A stretch of 64,000 bases of DNA from an uncultured Porphyromonadaceae bacterium (GCA_937911575.1 CALDPR010000032.1:112709-176708); one strand, 5' to 3'; counted from the first letter of the stretch, positions 39,098 through 48,724 are shown. The notes: generated from the letters alone by a model not told the origin. A program made the numbers and translations.

Positions 39098-39487
39098 TTA
39101 TTTTGTGTATTCGTTGTGTAAAATTTCTATTCCATTGAGGATTAGCTCGTCGCAAGGTTTTCTATACTCTTTTTTTAGAACAGAGCATATAATTGAGCCG
39201 TTGTTGTCAATGAATTTATTGCAAAGTTTTGTTATTTGTGGATATGTAGTTTTTTTGTCGGTGGGCAATCCGTTAGTTTTGAGTCCTGCAATCATTGTCA
39301 TAGCAGAAACAACTCCACAAATGTTGCCTTGTCCTCCAATGCCACCACCAAAGGAAATTGATATTTTAGCGGCATCATTTTCATTTAATCCTGTGATATC
39401 TGAAAACGCCATTAGCACAGATTGACAGCAGTTATATCCTTGTTGGCGAAGCTTATTTGCTATGTTTTTTCGTTCTTCAAGTGTCAT
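39098..39487 (-). CDS. C_GCAxxG_C_C family protein
   Basis: 129 aa, ..GYNCCQSVLMAF.. and ..GNICGVVSAMTM.. Confidence 0.7.
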   Translation of the reverse strand: MTLEERKNIANKLRQQGYNCCQSVLMAFSDITGLNENDAAKISISFGGGIGGQGNICGVVSAMTMIAGLKTNGLPTDKKTTYPQITKLCNKFIDNNGSIICSVLKKEYRKPCDELILNGIEILHNEYTK

Positions 39488-39503
39488 AATTTTATTTGTT
39501 TAA

Positions 39504-40166
39504 TTACCATATAATTGGTTGTTGTCCATGTTTGATTAAATAATTGTTTGCAAGAGAGAAGTGATGGTTTCCAAAAAAACCACGATAAGCAGATAGGGGA
39601 GAAGGGTGTGCAGAAGTGAGGACAAGATGACGACTTCTGTCAATGAAATCGCATTTTCGTTTTGCATCTGAACCCCAAAGAATAAATACTAAATTGTTTT
39701 TGTTTTCAGCAAGGTCGTGAACCACAAAGTCAGTGAATCGTTCCCAACCTCTGTTGCTGTGAGATTTTGGGCTATGTGCTTTGACAGTTAATGTGGCATT
39801 AAGTAGAAGAACTCCTTGCTTTGCCCATCTTGTGAGGTCTCCGTTTTCAGGGATCGGTGTGCCAATATCGTCTCTTACTTCTTTGAAAATATTAATAAGA
39901 GAAGGAGGCATTTGAATGTCAGGCTTAACAGAAAAACAAAGTCCATTGGCTTGACCTTCTCCGTGATAAGGGTCTTGTCCGATAATGACTACTTTTGTTT
40001 TGTCGTAAGGAGACGCATCGAAAGCGGCAAATATTTCTTTGCCGGGAGGGAAAATTTGTTCCGTTCGATATTGTTGTCGAACCCATTGTGTCAGTTCGAT
40101 AAAATAAGGCTTATCAAATTCTTCCTGTAGGCGAATACGCCAACTTTCTTCTATTTTTACATTCAT
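39504..40166 (-). CDS. ung: uracil-DNA glycosylase (family 1)
   Basis: ..VVIIGQDPYHGEGQANGLCFSV.. and ..HPSPLSAYRGFFG... Start at ATG 40166; the track start at 40184 is TTG. Confidence 0.93.
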   Translation of the reverse strand: MNVKIEESWRIRLQEEFDKPYFIELTQWVRQQYRTEQIFPPGKEIFAAFDASPYDKTKVVIIGQDPYHGEGQANGLCFSVKPDIQMPPSLINIFKEVRDDIGTPIPENGDLTRWAKQGVLLLNATLTVKAHSPKSHSNRGWERFTDFVVHDLAENKNNLVFILWGSDAKRKCDFIDRSRHLVLTSAHPSPLSAYRGFFGNHHFSLANNYLIKHGQQPIIW

Positions 40167-40171
40167 ATCCA

Positions 40172-40179
40172 CAAAATTA
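40172..40179 (-). promoter_or_regulatory. -7 box (TAATTTTG) only 5 nt upstream of the ung ATG
   Basis: Plus strand reads CAAAATTA at 40172-40179. Confidence 0.45.
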
Positions 40180-40211
40180 GTCAAAAATTCCGAGATTCCA
40201 TAAAAAATCTG

Positions 40212-40219
40212 TAACTTTG
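40212..40219 (+). promoter_or_regulatory. -7 box (TAACTTTG) for tRNA-Arg
   Basis: TAnnTTTG match 17 nt upstream of the tRNA 5' end. Confidence 0.55.
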
Positions 40220-40236
40220 CATTTGAAAAAGAAGAT

Positions 40237-40308
40237 GCACCTATAGTTCAATGGATAGAATAAAGGATTCCGGTTCCTTCGATTGGGGTTCGACTCCCCA
40301 TGGGTGTA
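40237..40308 (+). tRNA. tRNA-Arg (anticodon CCG), CCA not encoded
   Basis: Manual fold. Acceptor GCACCTA/TGGGTGT, anticodon arm AAGGA-TTCCGGT-TCCTT, T arm TGGGG-TTCGACT-CCCCA. Confidence 0.9.
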
Positions 40309-40317
40309 CTAAAGAAG

Positions 40318-40358
40318 CGAGTAGATGATTTGAAATATATTTATCTATTCGTTTTTTT
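40318..40358 (+). terminator. intrinsic terminator after tRNA-Arg
   Basis: CGAGTAGAT / ATCTATTCG stem (one G.U pair) followed by T7. Confidence 0.75.
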
Positions 40359-40426
40359 ATTGTCGAAAGCGGCAAAAAACGGTTGTTTTTTTATACATGA
40401 TATTAGGAAATATCAGATTAATATAG

Positions 40427-40434
40427 TAATTTTG
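40427..40434 (+). promoter_or_regulatory. -7 box (TAATTTTG) for the nfeD-SPFH pair
   Basis: TAnnTTTG match 23 nt upstream of ATG 40457. Confidence 0.5.
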
Positions 40435-40456
40435 TTGAAACATAAAAATAAATCTT

Positions 40457-40912
40457 ATGGACGCTGTTTTTGATTATTGGCTTATGTGGTTGATTATTGC
40501 CGCATTGTTAGTTATAGTTGAGTTGTTTACTAACTTTATTGCCTCGTTTTGCATAGCAGTAGGTTGTCTCGTTGCGATGGTTTTGTCTGTTGTAGATTTA
40601 GATTTCGATGTTCAATTGTTAGGTCTTGTGATAGGGACAGTTGTGGCATTTATTGTTATAGCACCCATAATGCGAAAATTTTATAGGAAAGGCTCGAAAT
40701 ATGAAAAAGAGTCGGCAAGCAACATGGAAGCTTTAGTTGACCGAGTTGTTATAGTCTCAGAGACAATTCCGACAAATGGAGTAGGGCGAGTAAAAGTTGA
40801 TGGGGATAGCTGGCAAGCTCGTTCCGTTGAAGACGAGGCGATTGAAATGGGAGCGAAAGTAAGAATAAAAGGGAATGAAAGTATTGTTTTGATAGTGGAG
40901 AGAAATAAATAA
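40457..40912 (+). CDS. NfeD-family membrane protein
   Basis: TM-rich N-terminus. C-terminal OB-like ..GRVKVDGDSWQARSVEDEAIEMGAKVRIKG... Paired with an SPFH gene. Confidence 0.85.
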   Translation: MDAVFDYWLMWLIIAALLVIVELFTNFIASFCIAVGCLVAMVLSVVDLDFDVQLLGLVIGTVVAFIVIAPIMRKFYRKGSKYEKESASNMEALVDRVVIVSETIPTNGVGRVKVDGDSWQARSVEDEAIEMGAKVRIKGNESIVLIVERNK

Positions 40913-40941
40913 TTGAGAGAGTAACTAAAAAACGCAAACAT

Positions 40942-41907
40942 ATGTCAACATTAGTTTTATTAGGCTTATTAGCCGTTATAGTAATTATTTTGGTAGCAGC
41001 CGGTGTAAAGGTTGTGCCACAGTCAGAAACACGAGTGATTGAACGACTTGGAAAATTCCATGCGGTGCTTCCTCCAGGTTTGAATATAATCTGGCCATTT
41101 ATAGATAAACCCAAAGTGATCTACACTCGACGAGTTGAAATGGGTTATGCTCGTATAGTGTCTACATCTGTAATTGATTTGCGAGAGCAAGTATATGATT
41201 TTCCGTCGCAACAAGTGATAACCAAAGATAATGTGACCACAGAAATCAATGCATTGTTGTATTTTCAAATCGTAGATCCTAAAAAATCTGTGTATGAAAT
41301 TGAGAATCTCCCAAATGCAATTGAGAAATTAACGCAAACATCGTTGCGTAATGTTATAGGAGAATTGGAATTAGATGAGACACTGACATCTCGTGATACA
41401 ATCAATTCACGTCTTCAAAGCATACTTGATGAAGCGACAAACAAATGGGGAGTAAAAGTTAATCGAGTAGAACTGCAAGATATAACACCACCGGAGAGTG
41501 TGCGTGAAGCAATGGAAAAACAGATGCAGGCAGAACGGAATAGAAGAGCTGAAATCCTCAACGCAGAGGGGGAAAAGAAATCATTGATTTTGCGTTCCGA
41601 AGGGGAAAAAGAATCACGCATTAATCAAGCAGAAGCTGTAAAACAATCAGAAATTTTAAAAGCCGAAGGGGAATCAAGAGCAAAAGTGTTGCAAGCTGAA
41701 GCAGAGGCAGAAGCAATCAGACGAGTTGCCGAAGCGATTCGAGAGTCAAAAACAGATCCGGCTACATACATGCTCGCTGTAAAATATATAGAAACTTTAA
41801 ATCAGATGGTATCCGGTAAGGATAATAAAACTATATATGTGCCTTATGAGGCAACTGGAATGCTCAGCTCAATTGGTTCGATAAAAGATATGTTTGAAAA
41901 GAAATGA
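40942..41907 (+). CDS. SPFH/band-7 (stomatin/paraslipin-like) protein
   Basis: N-terminal TM segment. ..VPQSETRVIERLGKFH.. and ..ITKDNVTTEINALLYFQIVDP... Ala/Glu coiled coil. Confidence 0.9.
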   Translation: MSTLVLLGLLAVIVIILVAAGVKVVPQSETRVIERLGKFHAVLPPGLNIIWPFIDKPKVIYTRRVEMGYARIVSTSVIDLREQVYDFPSQQVITKDNVTTEINALLYFQIVDPKKSVYEIENLPNAIEKLTQTSLRNVIGELELDETLTSRDTINSRLQSILDEATNKWGVKVNRVELQDITPPESVREAMEKQMQAERNRRAEILNAEGEKKSLILRSEGEKESRINQAEAVKQSEILKAEGESRAKVLQAEAEAEAIRRVAEAIRESKTDPATYMLAVKYIETLNQMVSGKDNKTIYVPYEATGMLSSIGSIKDMFEKK

Positions 41908-42006
41908 TTTTTTTGAAAATATAGTCTGACGGAGTCATAATGGTGAATAGATGATATAGATAATATAGATAATAAGCCATATGACTCTGTTTTATAACAA
42001 GTAGAT

Positions 42007-42486
42007 TCATAGATAAATCAGATTAAAGTAAAGAAAAATAATGCTGTTTAATTCGATAGATTTTTTAATCTTTTTCCCAAAATCCACTTCCTTTTCATAA
42101 ATTGTGCCGGAAGTATATGTGTTGGTTTCTGATTTTTGCCAAAGATTATCACATATAGAAAAATTACCAATAAAACCAAAATTTTTAAAAAGGAGATAAT
42201 AAGAATTTGTTATAAATGTATTGCCATATATATAGGCATTCATTTCCTCTAAATTCTTACAATATATAATTGTTTCACCAGAAAAATTATTATTGACGAT
42301 ATACAATTTAACATGTGTGATACTTTGTGAATTAAAGCCATTAGCAGAACGTTCTAATATATAGATGCCAGAAATATTATTTTCCATCATTGTTAAGGTC
42401 CCTCCATTTCCTACTATTTCAGAAACTATTATCCCTTTTGTATTTAATTTGTTCCCATTAGAATCAAACTTATTAATCGTTTCCAT
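42007..42486 (-). CDS. orphan hypothetical protein with periodic N-x-(I/F)-S-G motifs (beta-helix-like repeats?)
   Basis: 159-aa ORF, visibly more AT-rich than its neighbours. Motifs ENNISGIYIL, NNNFSGETIIY, YGNTFITN, IGNFSICDN recur about every 22-28 aa. No signal peptide. Confidence 0.45.
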   Translation of the reverse strand: METINKFDSNGNKLNTKGIIVSEIVGNGGTLTMMENNISGIYILERSANGFNSQSITHVKLYIVNNNFSGETIIYCKNLEEMNAYIYGNTFITNSYYLLFKNFGFIGNFSICDNLWQKSETNTYTSGTIYEKEVDFGKKIKKSIELNSIIFLYFNLIYL

Positions 42487-42715
42487 GATAGTGTTTTTTA
42501 TGCAAGTAAAGAAGTAATTGTCTATTATTTATTTAACGGATAAAAGTTGAAAAGTTTAATGTTATTAATATTTATGAGTTCATAAAGTAATAGTATTTAA
42601 ATGAAGCAAATAACATAAGAAATAGTGATGTTTCTTAAGGATTATTAGTATTATTTATGGCAAAAAATGGTTTTAATTGCAATAATGAGGGTTAATTCTC
42701 GTTTAAAATGTGATT

Positions 42716-43486
42716 ATGTGCATAAAAAAGAGACATAGAGTAGCTATTGGCAAATCGAAAAAAATCCTTTTCCGACTGGTATTATTTGCCTTTTTTTATG
42801 GGGTAACCATTTTGAATACTGATTGTTATGCTCAACGCAGGAATGATAAATTGCATAATCGTCCATATGCAGATTTAAAACCTGTTCATTTTGGCTTTTC
42901 AGTCGGTATGCACATGCAAGATTTGAAATTCACACACAATGGCTTTGTAACATCAGATGGAGAAACTTGGTTTGCCGAAGTGCCAAGTTATTCTCCGGGC
43001 TTCTGTGTTAATGTATTGGCTGATTTGCGTCTTCATAAGCATTTTAACTTGCGTTTTTCACCTGGAATGTATTTTGGTAATAAAGTTGTAAAAATGCTTG
43101 ATACGACACATGGCGTTGAAGCTGAACAAAATGTTAAAAGTGCATATGTAGTGCTTCCAATTGATTTGAAAATTTCGGGAGAAAGGTATTTAAATTGTCG
43201 TCCGTATGTAACTGCCGGAGTTATGGGGTCATTAGATGTCAGTAAGAAGCGAAGCGATTTTTTAATGTTCAATTCAATGGACGCATATTTGACTGTTGGT
43301 TTAGGTTGTGATTTTTATCTTCCCTTTTTCAAACTAAATCCCGAAATAAAATTTTGTTTTGGATTGACTGATATATTAAAGCACGATCGTCCGGATTTGG
43401 CAGATGATCCAAATACTTTCAAGATGACTCAATCGTTGCAAAAGGTCAAGTCAAGTATGATAGTGTTAACATTCTATTTTGAATAA
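42716..43486 (+). CDS. outer-membrane beta-barrel protein (PorT/OMP_b-brl-like)
   Basis: Signal peptide. Alternating-hydrophobic strands, ..VHFGFSVGMHMQDLKF.. and C-terminal ..MIVLTFYFE. ATG at 42716; the track start at 42710 is GTG. Confidence 0.6.
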   Translation: MCIKKRHRVAIGKSKKILFRLVLFAFFYGVTILNTDCYAQRRNDKLHNRPYADLKPVHFGFSVGMHMQDLKFTHNGFVTSDGETWFAEVPSYSPGFCVNVLADLRLHKHFNLRFSPGMYFGNKVVKMLDTTHGVEAEQNVKSAYVVLPIDLKISGERYLNCRPYVTAGVMGSLDVSKKRSDFLMFNSMDAYLTVGLGCDFYLPFFKLNPEIKFCFGLTDILKHDRPDLADDPNTFKMTQSLQKVKSSMIVLTFYFE

Positions 43487-43491
43487 AAGCA

Positions 43492-44475
43492 ATGAAATAT
43501 AAGAATAGAATAGCTATAATTGTAAGTTTGCTAATGGTGGCATTGACATCATATTCGCAATCAGACACCCATTTGACGCAATATTGGGCGATGCCTACAT
43601 ACTATAATCCCGGAGCTACAGGATCGACAGACTATTTGCGAATTCGTGGGGGAGCAAGGCTTCAATGGTTGGGTATTGAAAATGCACCACAGACGTTTAT
43701 GGGGGTAGTGGATATGCCACTATCAATAATGAAAAAGAAAATGCTTGGTGTCGGAGTGAACATACAACATGAAACTTTAGGGCTATTTACAAATTTGAAT
43801 TTAAATGTTCAATTATCCTATAAACTTAAGATATTAAAAGGGGAATTAAGCATAGGTGCTCAATTTGGATATTTTGAGCAGAGTTTCAAAGGTTCGGAAG
43901 TGATTTTGCCAGATGATGATGATTATCATGAGAGTAATGATAATGCTATACCGACACAAGATTTAAAAGGAAATACGATCGATTTAGCTGCCGGTGTATT
44001 TTATACACATAAATATTTTTGGGTAGGTGTTTCTGGCACACATCTTCTTCAACCTACAATAAAAATGAGCATAGAGGGCTCGGAAAGTAATGAGACACAA
44101 GAATATTCAACGACACTTGGTCGAACCATATATTTTATGGGGGGAAGCAATATTCCGATTAAAAATACGTTATTTGAAATACAACCATCTTTGATGGTAA
44201 AGACAGATTTCCAGTTTGTAACTGCTGAACTTACGGCACGAGCACGATATAATAAATTTATATCTGTAGGATTGGGATATCGTTGGAATGATGCAGTGAT
44301 GGTAATGTTAGGAGCTGAGTACAAAAATTTCTTTTTGGGATATGCATATGACTATCCTGTAACAGCGATAGCAAAAGGCAGTTCCGGAAGTCATGAAATT
44401 GTTGCCGGTTATCAAATGAAATTGGATTTTTCGGGAAAGAATAAAAATAAGCACAAATCCATAAGGATTATGTAA
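43492..44475 (+). CDS. porP: T9SS membrane protein PorP/SprF family
   Basis: ..QSDTHLTQYWAMPTYYNPGATG.. N-terminal signature, about 327 aa, immediately upstream of porK. Confidence 0.85.
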   Translation: MKYKNRIAIIVSLLMVALTSYSQSDTHLTQYWAMPTYYNPGATGSTDYLRIRGGARLQWLGIENAPQTFMGVVDMPLSIMKKKMLGVGVNIQHETLGLFTNLNLNVQLSYKLKILKGELSIGAQFGYFEQSFKGSEVILPDDDDYHESNDNAIPTQDLKGNTIDLAAGVFYTHKYFWVGVSGTHLLQPTIKMSIEGSESNETQEYSTTLGRTIYFMGGSNIPIKNTLFEIQPSLMVKTDFQFVTAELTARARYNKFISVGLGYRWNDAVMVMLGAEYKNFFLGYAYDYPVTAIAKGSSGSHEIVAGYQMKLDFSGKNKNKHKSIRIM

Positions 44476-44484
44476 AAAAAAGAT

Positions 44485-45954
44485 ATGAAACGACAAATGA
44501 AATATCAACAAACAAAGAACAATCGTAGAGTTCTGACAGCAATCGTAATGTCAGTATTCATGTTGCCGACATTGATGTCTTGTATGTCAACGAAAGGCAG
44601 CAGTGCCGGAGGTGAAGTAACAGGAGTAGGTGGTTCGGCATGGGCAGAGCCGGCTCCATACGGAATGGTATTGGTTGATAGAGGAGCCTATGCCATGGGA
44701 GTTTCAAAAGATGATAGTTTGTGGAATCTTCGAGCGAATTCGAGAGGAATATCGGTAGATGCATTTTGGATGGACGAAACAGAGATTACAAATTCTAAAT
44801 ATAAACAGTTTGTTTTTTGGGTCAGAGACTCAATCATTAGAGAGCGTCTTGCCGATCCGGCATATGGAGGTAATGAAGAATTCAAAATAGAGGAAGATGA
44901 AGAGGGTAATCCTATTCGTCCGTATTTGAATTGGAATAAATCAATTCCATGGAGAAATGCCAATGAAGATGAATTGCGAGCAATCGAGAGTGTGTATCGT
45001 ACGAATCCGATTACAGGCAGAAGAGAACTTGATCCGACACAAATGAACTATAGATATGAAGTATACAATCACACTGCGGCAGCTCAACGTAAACATAGAT
45101 TGGAGCCGGAACGTCGAGAATACAACACAGATAAACCGATACCGGAGGAGTTGCCAATCATATCAAAAGATACTGCATATTATGATGAAGAAGGACGTAT
45201 AATCAGAGAGACTGTAAGTCGTCCTCTAACCGGGGATTATGATTTCTTAAATACATATATTGTCAATGTGTATCCGGATACTACTGTATGGATTAATGAT
45301 TTTGAAAATGCATATAACGAGCCTTACACAAGAATGTATTTTGCACATGCAGGATATAATGACTATCCTGTGGTGGGGGTAAGTTGGGAACAAGCTACAG
45401 CATTTGCAAATTGGCGTACAGATTTTCTTCGTCGTTCTTTAGGGCGAGATGGTATATATATTGAACCATATAGATTGCCGACAGAAGCAGAATGGGAGTT
45501 TGCAGCACGTGCCGGTAATAGCGAAAGTGCATATCCTTGGGAAGAAACGTTGCCGATGGACGAGCGAGGTTGCTTCTATGCAAATTTTAAACCTATGGAG
45601 GGAGACTATATTCGTGATGGTCATTTAATCACATCAGAGGTGGGAACATTCAGTCCGAATGATTTTGGATTATACGATATGGCAGGAAATGTGAGTGAAT
45701 GGACATCAACTGCATATACAGAAAGCATCGATAAATTAACAAGCGATATGAATCCACAATATAGGTATGATGCGGCAAAGGAAGACCCGTATAAGATGAA
45801 ACGTAAAATTGTGAGAGGAGGTTCATGGAAAGATGTTGCACACAATGTGCGAGCAGATATACGAATGTGGGAATATCAAAATGAACAACGCAGTTACATT
45901 GGATTTCGATGTGTGCGTAGTCAAATAGGATTTGCAAGGGGAACAAAAAAATAA
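44485..45954 (+). CDS. porK: T9SS ring lipoprotein PorK/GldK (SUMF1/FGE fold)
   Basis: Lipobox LMSC. ..GVSWEQATAFANWRT.., ..RLPTEAEWEFAARAG.., ..RGGSWKD.. and ..IGFRCVRS. Confidence 0.92.
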   Translation: MKRQMKYQQTKNNRRVLTAIVMSVFMLPTLMSCMSTKGSSAGGEVTGVGGSAWAEPAPYGMVLVDRGAYAMGVSKDDSLWNLRANSRGISVDAFWMDETEITNSKYKQFVFWVRDSIIRERLADPAYGGNEEFKIEEDEEGNPIRPYLNWNKSIPWRNANEDELRAIESVYRTNPITGRRELDPTQMNYRYEVYNHTAAAQRKHRLEPERREYNTDKPIPEELPIISKDTAYYDEEGRIIRETVSRPLTGDYDFLNTYIVNVYPDTTVWINDFENAYNEPYTRMYFAHAGYNDYPVVGVSWEQATAFANWRTDFLRRSLGRDGIYIEPYRLPTEAEWEFAARAGNSESAYPWEETLPMDERGCFYANFKPMEGDYIRDGHLITSEVGTFSPNDFGLYDMAGNVSEWTSTAYTESIDKLTSDMNPQYRYDAAKEDPYKMKRKIVRGGSWKDVAHNVRADIRMWEYQNEQRSYIGFRCVRSQIGFARGTKK

Positions 45955-45988
45955 AAACCGATATTAGAAGAAGAAAAAGATAAATATC

Positions 45989-47116
45989 ATGGGAAAAATC
46001 AAAAAATATAAAAATGGTATAGAACGCTTCTTACGAGGCGAAAAAGGGCAACGATTCTTTAATTTTGCATATAGTATTGGTGCTGCAATCGTTATTTGGG
46101 GGGCATTATTTAAAATCCTTCACTTGCCAATGGGAAATCTACTTCTATGTATTGGTATGGGAACAGAAGTTGTGATGTTTATCCTTACAGCATTTGATCG
46201 TCCCCCGAAAGAATATAATTGGGAAGAGGTATTTCCTGTTTTAGGGAGTAAAAATCCGGAAGACCGTCCAAACTTCAACGGAGGAGGTGGAGGCATCGTC
46301 GGTGGTGGAGGTGTCGTATACGCCGGTGGAGAAGGAATATCAGGTGAAGGACTCGACGGAGTCAGTGCTCCAAGTGGAGGTGTTTCAGGCAGTGGTGTAA
46401 TAGGAGGAGGCATCATAATTGCCGGAGGAGTGAATTTTGCAGAAGGATCAGATAACGCTGGGTCTGTCGGAAATGGTCCGATTGAAATAAATGTGTCCGG
46501 ACAAGCAGCCCGACAAGCTGTAGGTTTGCCTTCAGGTGTCAATTTATCTGAAGAAGATACGTTATCACTCCGTGAAAGCATTTCAAAAATGGCTGCAGCA
46601 AGCGAACAGCTGTCTCAGATGGCAGAATTAACAACTGCTACACAGCAGTATCTGTCTCAAATGGCTGCAATATCCGAACAAATGCAACAACTTAAGGACA
46701 CAACAATGTCACTTAATCAAGTTAGTGGAGTGTTGCTTGATTCATATCGTGCTATAACAGAAAACAGTGAAAATATCACTCGTAGTTCAACCGGATATGT
46801 TGATCAATTAGAAAATTTAAATAGAAATATCGGTGGATTAAATACTATCTATGAAATACAACTAAAGAGCATTTCATCTCAATTAGATTCTATCGATAGA
46901 GTAAATCGTGGACTAAAAGACATACGAGATATGTATGAAAAATCTGCCAACGAAAGTTCTCGCTATTGTGAAGAAACCGAAAAGATGGCTCGCTATATGA
47001 AACAACTCAATCAAGTGTATGAGAAAATGATTACAGCGATGACTATTAATATGCACAACCCTATGATGGGAGGTCAACCAATGAACCCATTTAATAACAC
47101 AGACGAAAACGCTTAA
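45989..47116 (+). CDS. porL: T9SS motor protein PorL/GldL, with a Gly-rich insertion
   Basis: ..FFNFAYSIGAAIVIWGALFKILHLP...GMGTEVVMFILTAFD.. (two TM helices). Position between porK and porM. Confidence 0.87.
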   Translation: MGKIKKYKNGIERFLRGEKGQRFFNFAYSIGAAIVIWGALFKILHLPMGNLLLCIGMGTEVVMFILTAFDRPPKEYNWEEVFPVLGSKNPEDRPNFNGGGGGIVGGGGVVYAGGEGISGEGLDGVSAPSGGVSGSGVIGGGIIIAGGVNFAEGSDNAGSVGNGPIEINVSGQAARQAVGLPSGVNLSEEDTLSLRESISKMAAASEQLSQMAELTTATQQYLSQMAAISEQMQQLKDTTMSLNQVSGVLLDSYRAITENSENITRSSTGYVDQLENLNRNIGGLNTIYEIQLKSISSQLDSIDRVNRGLKDIRDMYEKSANESSRYCEETEKMARYMKQLNQVYEKMITAMTINMHNPMMGGQPMNPFNNTDENA

Positions 47117-47121
47117 GTACT

Positions 47122-48699
47122 ATGGCAGGAGGAGGAGGTAATGTTGCAAGAATGTCGCCTCGGCAGAGGATGATAAACTTGATGTATATTGTCTTGACGG
47201 CAATGCTAGCACTCAATGTGTCGAGCGATGTGCTGAATGGATTCAGTCAAGTGCAAGAAGGATTGCAACGTACGAATAAAAATATAACATCACGAAACAC
47301 AGTACAGTTTCAATACCTTACAGAACTTTATGAAAAAAATCCGGAAAAGGTGGGTGAGTGGTATAAGAAAGGTGTTGAAGTGAAAAATCAAACGGATCAA
47401 CTCTATAATGAGATAGACTCTTTGATGCTTGAAATTGCTAAAAAAGCAGATGGTGATGATGCAGATGTAAATAATGTAGATGCAAAAGACGATTTGGAAG
47501 CGGCATCAGTAGTTATGCTTGATCCAATAAATCGCAGAGGAGAGAAATTGCGATTGCATATTGATGATTATCGAGAATATATAGTTAAGATGATACCCGA
47601 TTCAGCTAAACGTACGGCTGTAGCAGAAATGCTGTCTACAACTGTAAAGAATCGTCCGGGTACAGTGGGCACGCTGAAATGGGAAGAAAAAATGTTTGAT
47701 AATATGCCTGTCGTTGCGGCTATTACTTTATTGACAAAGTTGCAAAACGATATTAAACAAGCTGAATCAGAAGCCTTGACAAATCTTATTACGAGTGTGG
47801 ATATAGGCGACGTTCGTGTAAATGAACTGAATGCATACGTAATTCCAACTTCAAATATGATTATGCGAGGGGGTAAGTATTCAGCAAATATCGTTCTTGC
47901 GGCAATAGATACGACTCAACGACCTACTATTTATGTTGACGGAAAGAAATTGGAAACCCCGAATGGATTATACGAGTTTGTGCCTTCAAGCATAGGGACA
48001 TTTGATTATTCCGGTTATATTGAAGTATCACGAGGAGATGGAACTATTGACCAACGTCCTTTTACATCATCATATACAGTGATTGAACCAATGGCAACAA
48101 TTTCAGCAACAATGATGAATGTGTTATATGCCGGCATTGACAATCCAATAAGTATCTCTGTTCCGGGTGTGCCAATGAATGCAATTACAGCAACAATGAC
48201 AAATGGAACGTTGACACGAAATGGTGATTTATGGGTGGCTCATCCTACTCAAGTAGGAGCGGAAGCTGTAATTTCCGTATCTGCAAGTTTGGAAGGGCAA
48301 AATCAAACTGTTGGTTCGATGACATTCCGTGTCAGAAAGTTGCCTGACCCAACAGCATATATACCATATAAAGATGCACAAGGAAACACAGTGCATTATA
48401 AAGGAACACCAAAGCGTATATCAAAAGCAATTTTAATGTCTGCAACAGGTTTAGGGGCGGCTCTTGATGATGAATTGCTTAATATCAGCTATTCAGTAGT
48501 GTCGTTCAGTACGGTGTTTTTCGACAGCATGGGTAATGCTATCCCGGAAGTGTCTGACGGAGCAAACTTTTCATCTCGACAGATAGAACAATTTAAACGA
48601 ATGAAGCCGGGTAAAAGTTTCTTCATAACCAATATAAAAGCAAAAGGTCCAGATGGAATAACTCGAGATATTTCACCGATGGAAGTAGCTCTTAATTAA
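47122..48699 (+). CDS. porM: T9SS motor/periplasmic protein PorM/GldM
   Basis: ..SPRQRMINLMYIVLTAMLALNVSSDVLNGF.. N-terminal signature, 525 aa. Confidence 0.9.
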   Translation: MAGGGGNVARMSPRQRMINLMYIVLTAMLALNVSSDVLNGFSQVQEGLQRTNKNITSRNTVQFQYLTELYEKNPEKVGEWYKKGVEVKNQTDQLYNEIDSLMLEIAKKADGDDADVNNVDAKDDLEAASVVMLDPINRRGEKLRLHIDDYREYIVKMIPDSAKRTAVAEMLSTTVKNRPGTVGTLKWEEKMFDNMPVVAAITLLTKLQNDIKQAESEALTNLITSVDIGDVRVNELNAYVIPTSNMIMRGGKYSANIVLAAIDTTQRPTIYVDGKKLETPNGLYEFVPSSIGTFDYSGYIEVSRGDGTIDQRPFTSSYTVIEPMATISATMMNVLYAGIDNPISISVPGVPMNAITATMTNGTLTRNGDLWVAHPTQVGAEAVISVSASLEGQNQTVGSMTFRVRKLPDPTAYIPYKDAQGNTVHYKGTPKRISKAILMSATGLGAALDDELLNISYSVVSFSTVFFDSMGNAIPEVSDGANFSSRQIEQFKRMKPGKSFFITNIKAKGPDGITRDISPMEVALN

Positions 48700-48724
48700 T
48701 AGAAATAAAGAAAATTTATAAGAT

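Noticed and set aside
40180-40192. 13-nt string TTAGTCAAAAATT shared by the ung (40180-40192) and gpmI (63093-63105) upstream regions.
   Set aside because: On the minus strand both read AATTTTTGACTAAyTTTG, which is the -7 promoter box plus its A/T-rich surroundings. The similarity is most simply promoter consensus, not a shared regulator site or a repeat element.
41947-41973. 9-nt tandem repeat ATAGAT(G/A)AT x3 between convergent genes.
   Set aside because: It is too short and too AT-rich to distinguish from chance slippage. It is mentioned only as context for the neighbouring orphan gene.
46120-46581. 153-aa Pro-rich ORF on the minus strand inside porL.
   Set aside because: It is the reverse complement of the Gly-rich (GGN) insertion of PorL, where GGN codons read as NCC (Pro/Ser/Thr/Ala) on the other strand. 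It has no independent signals.
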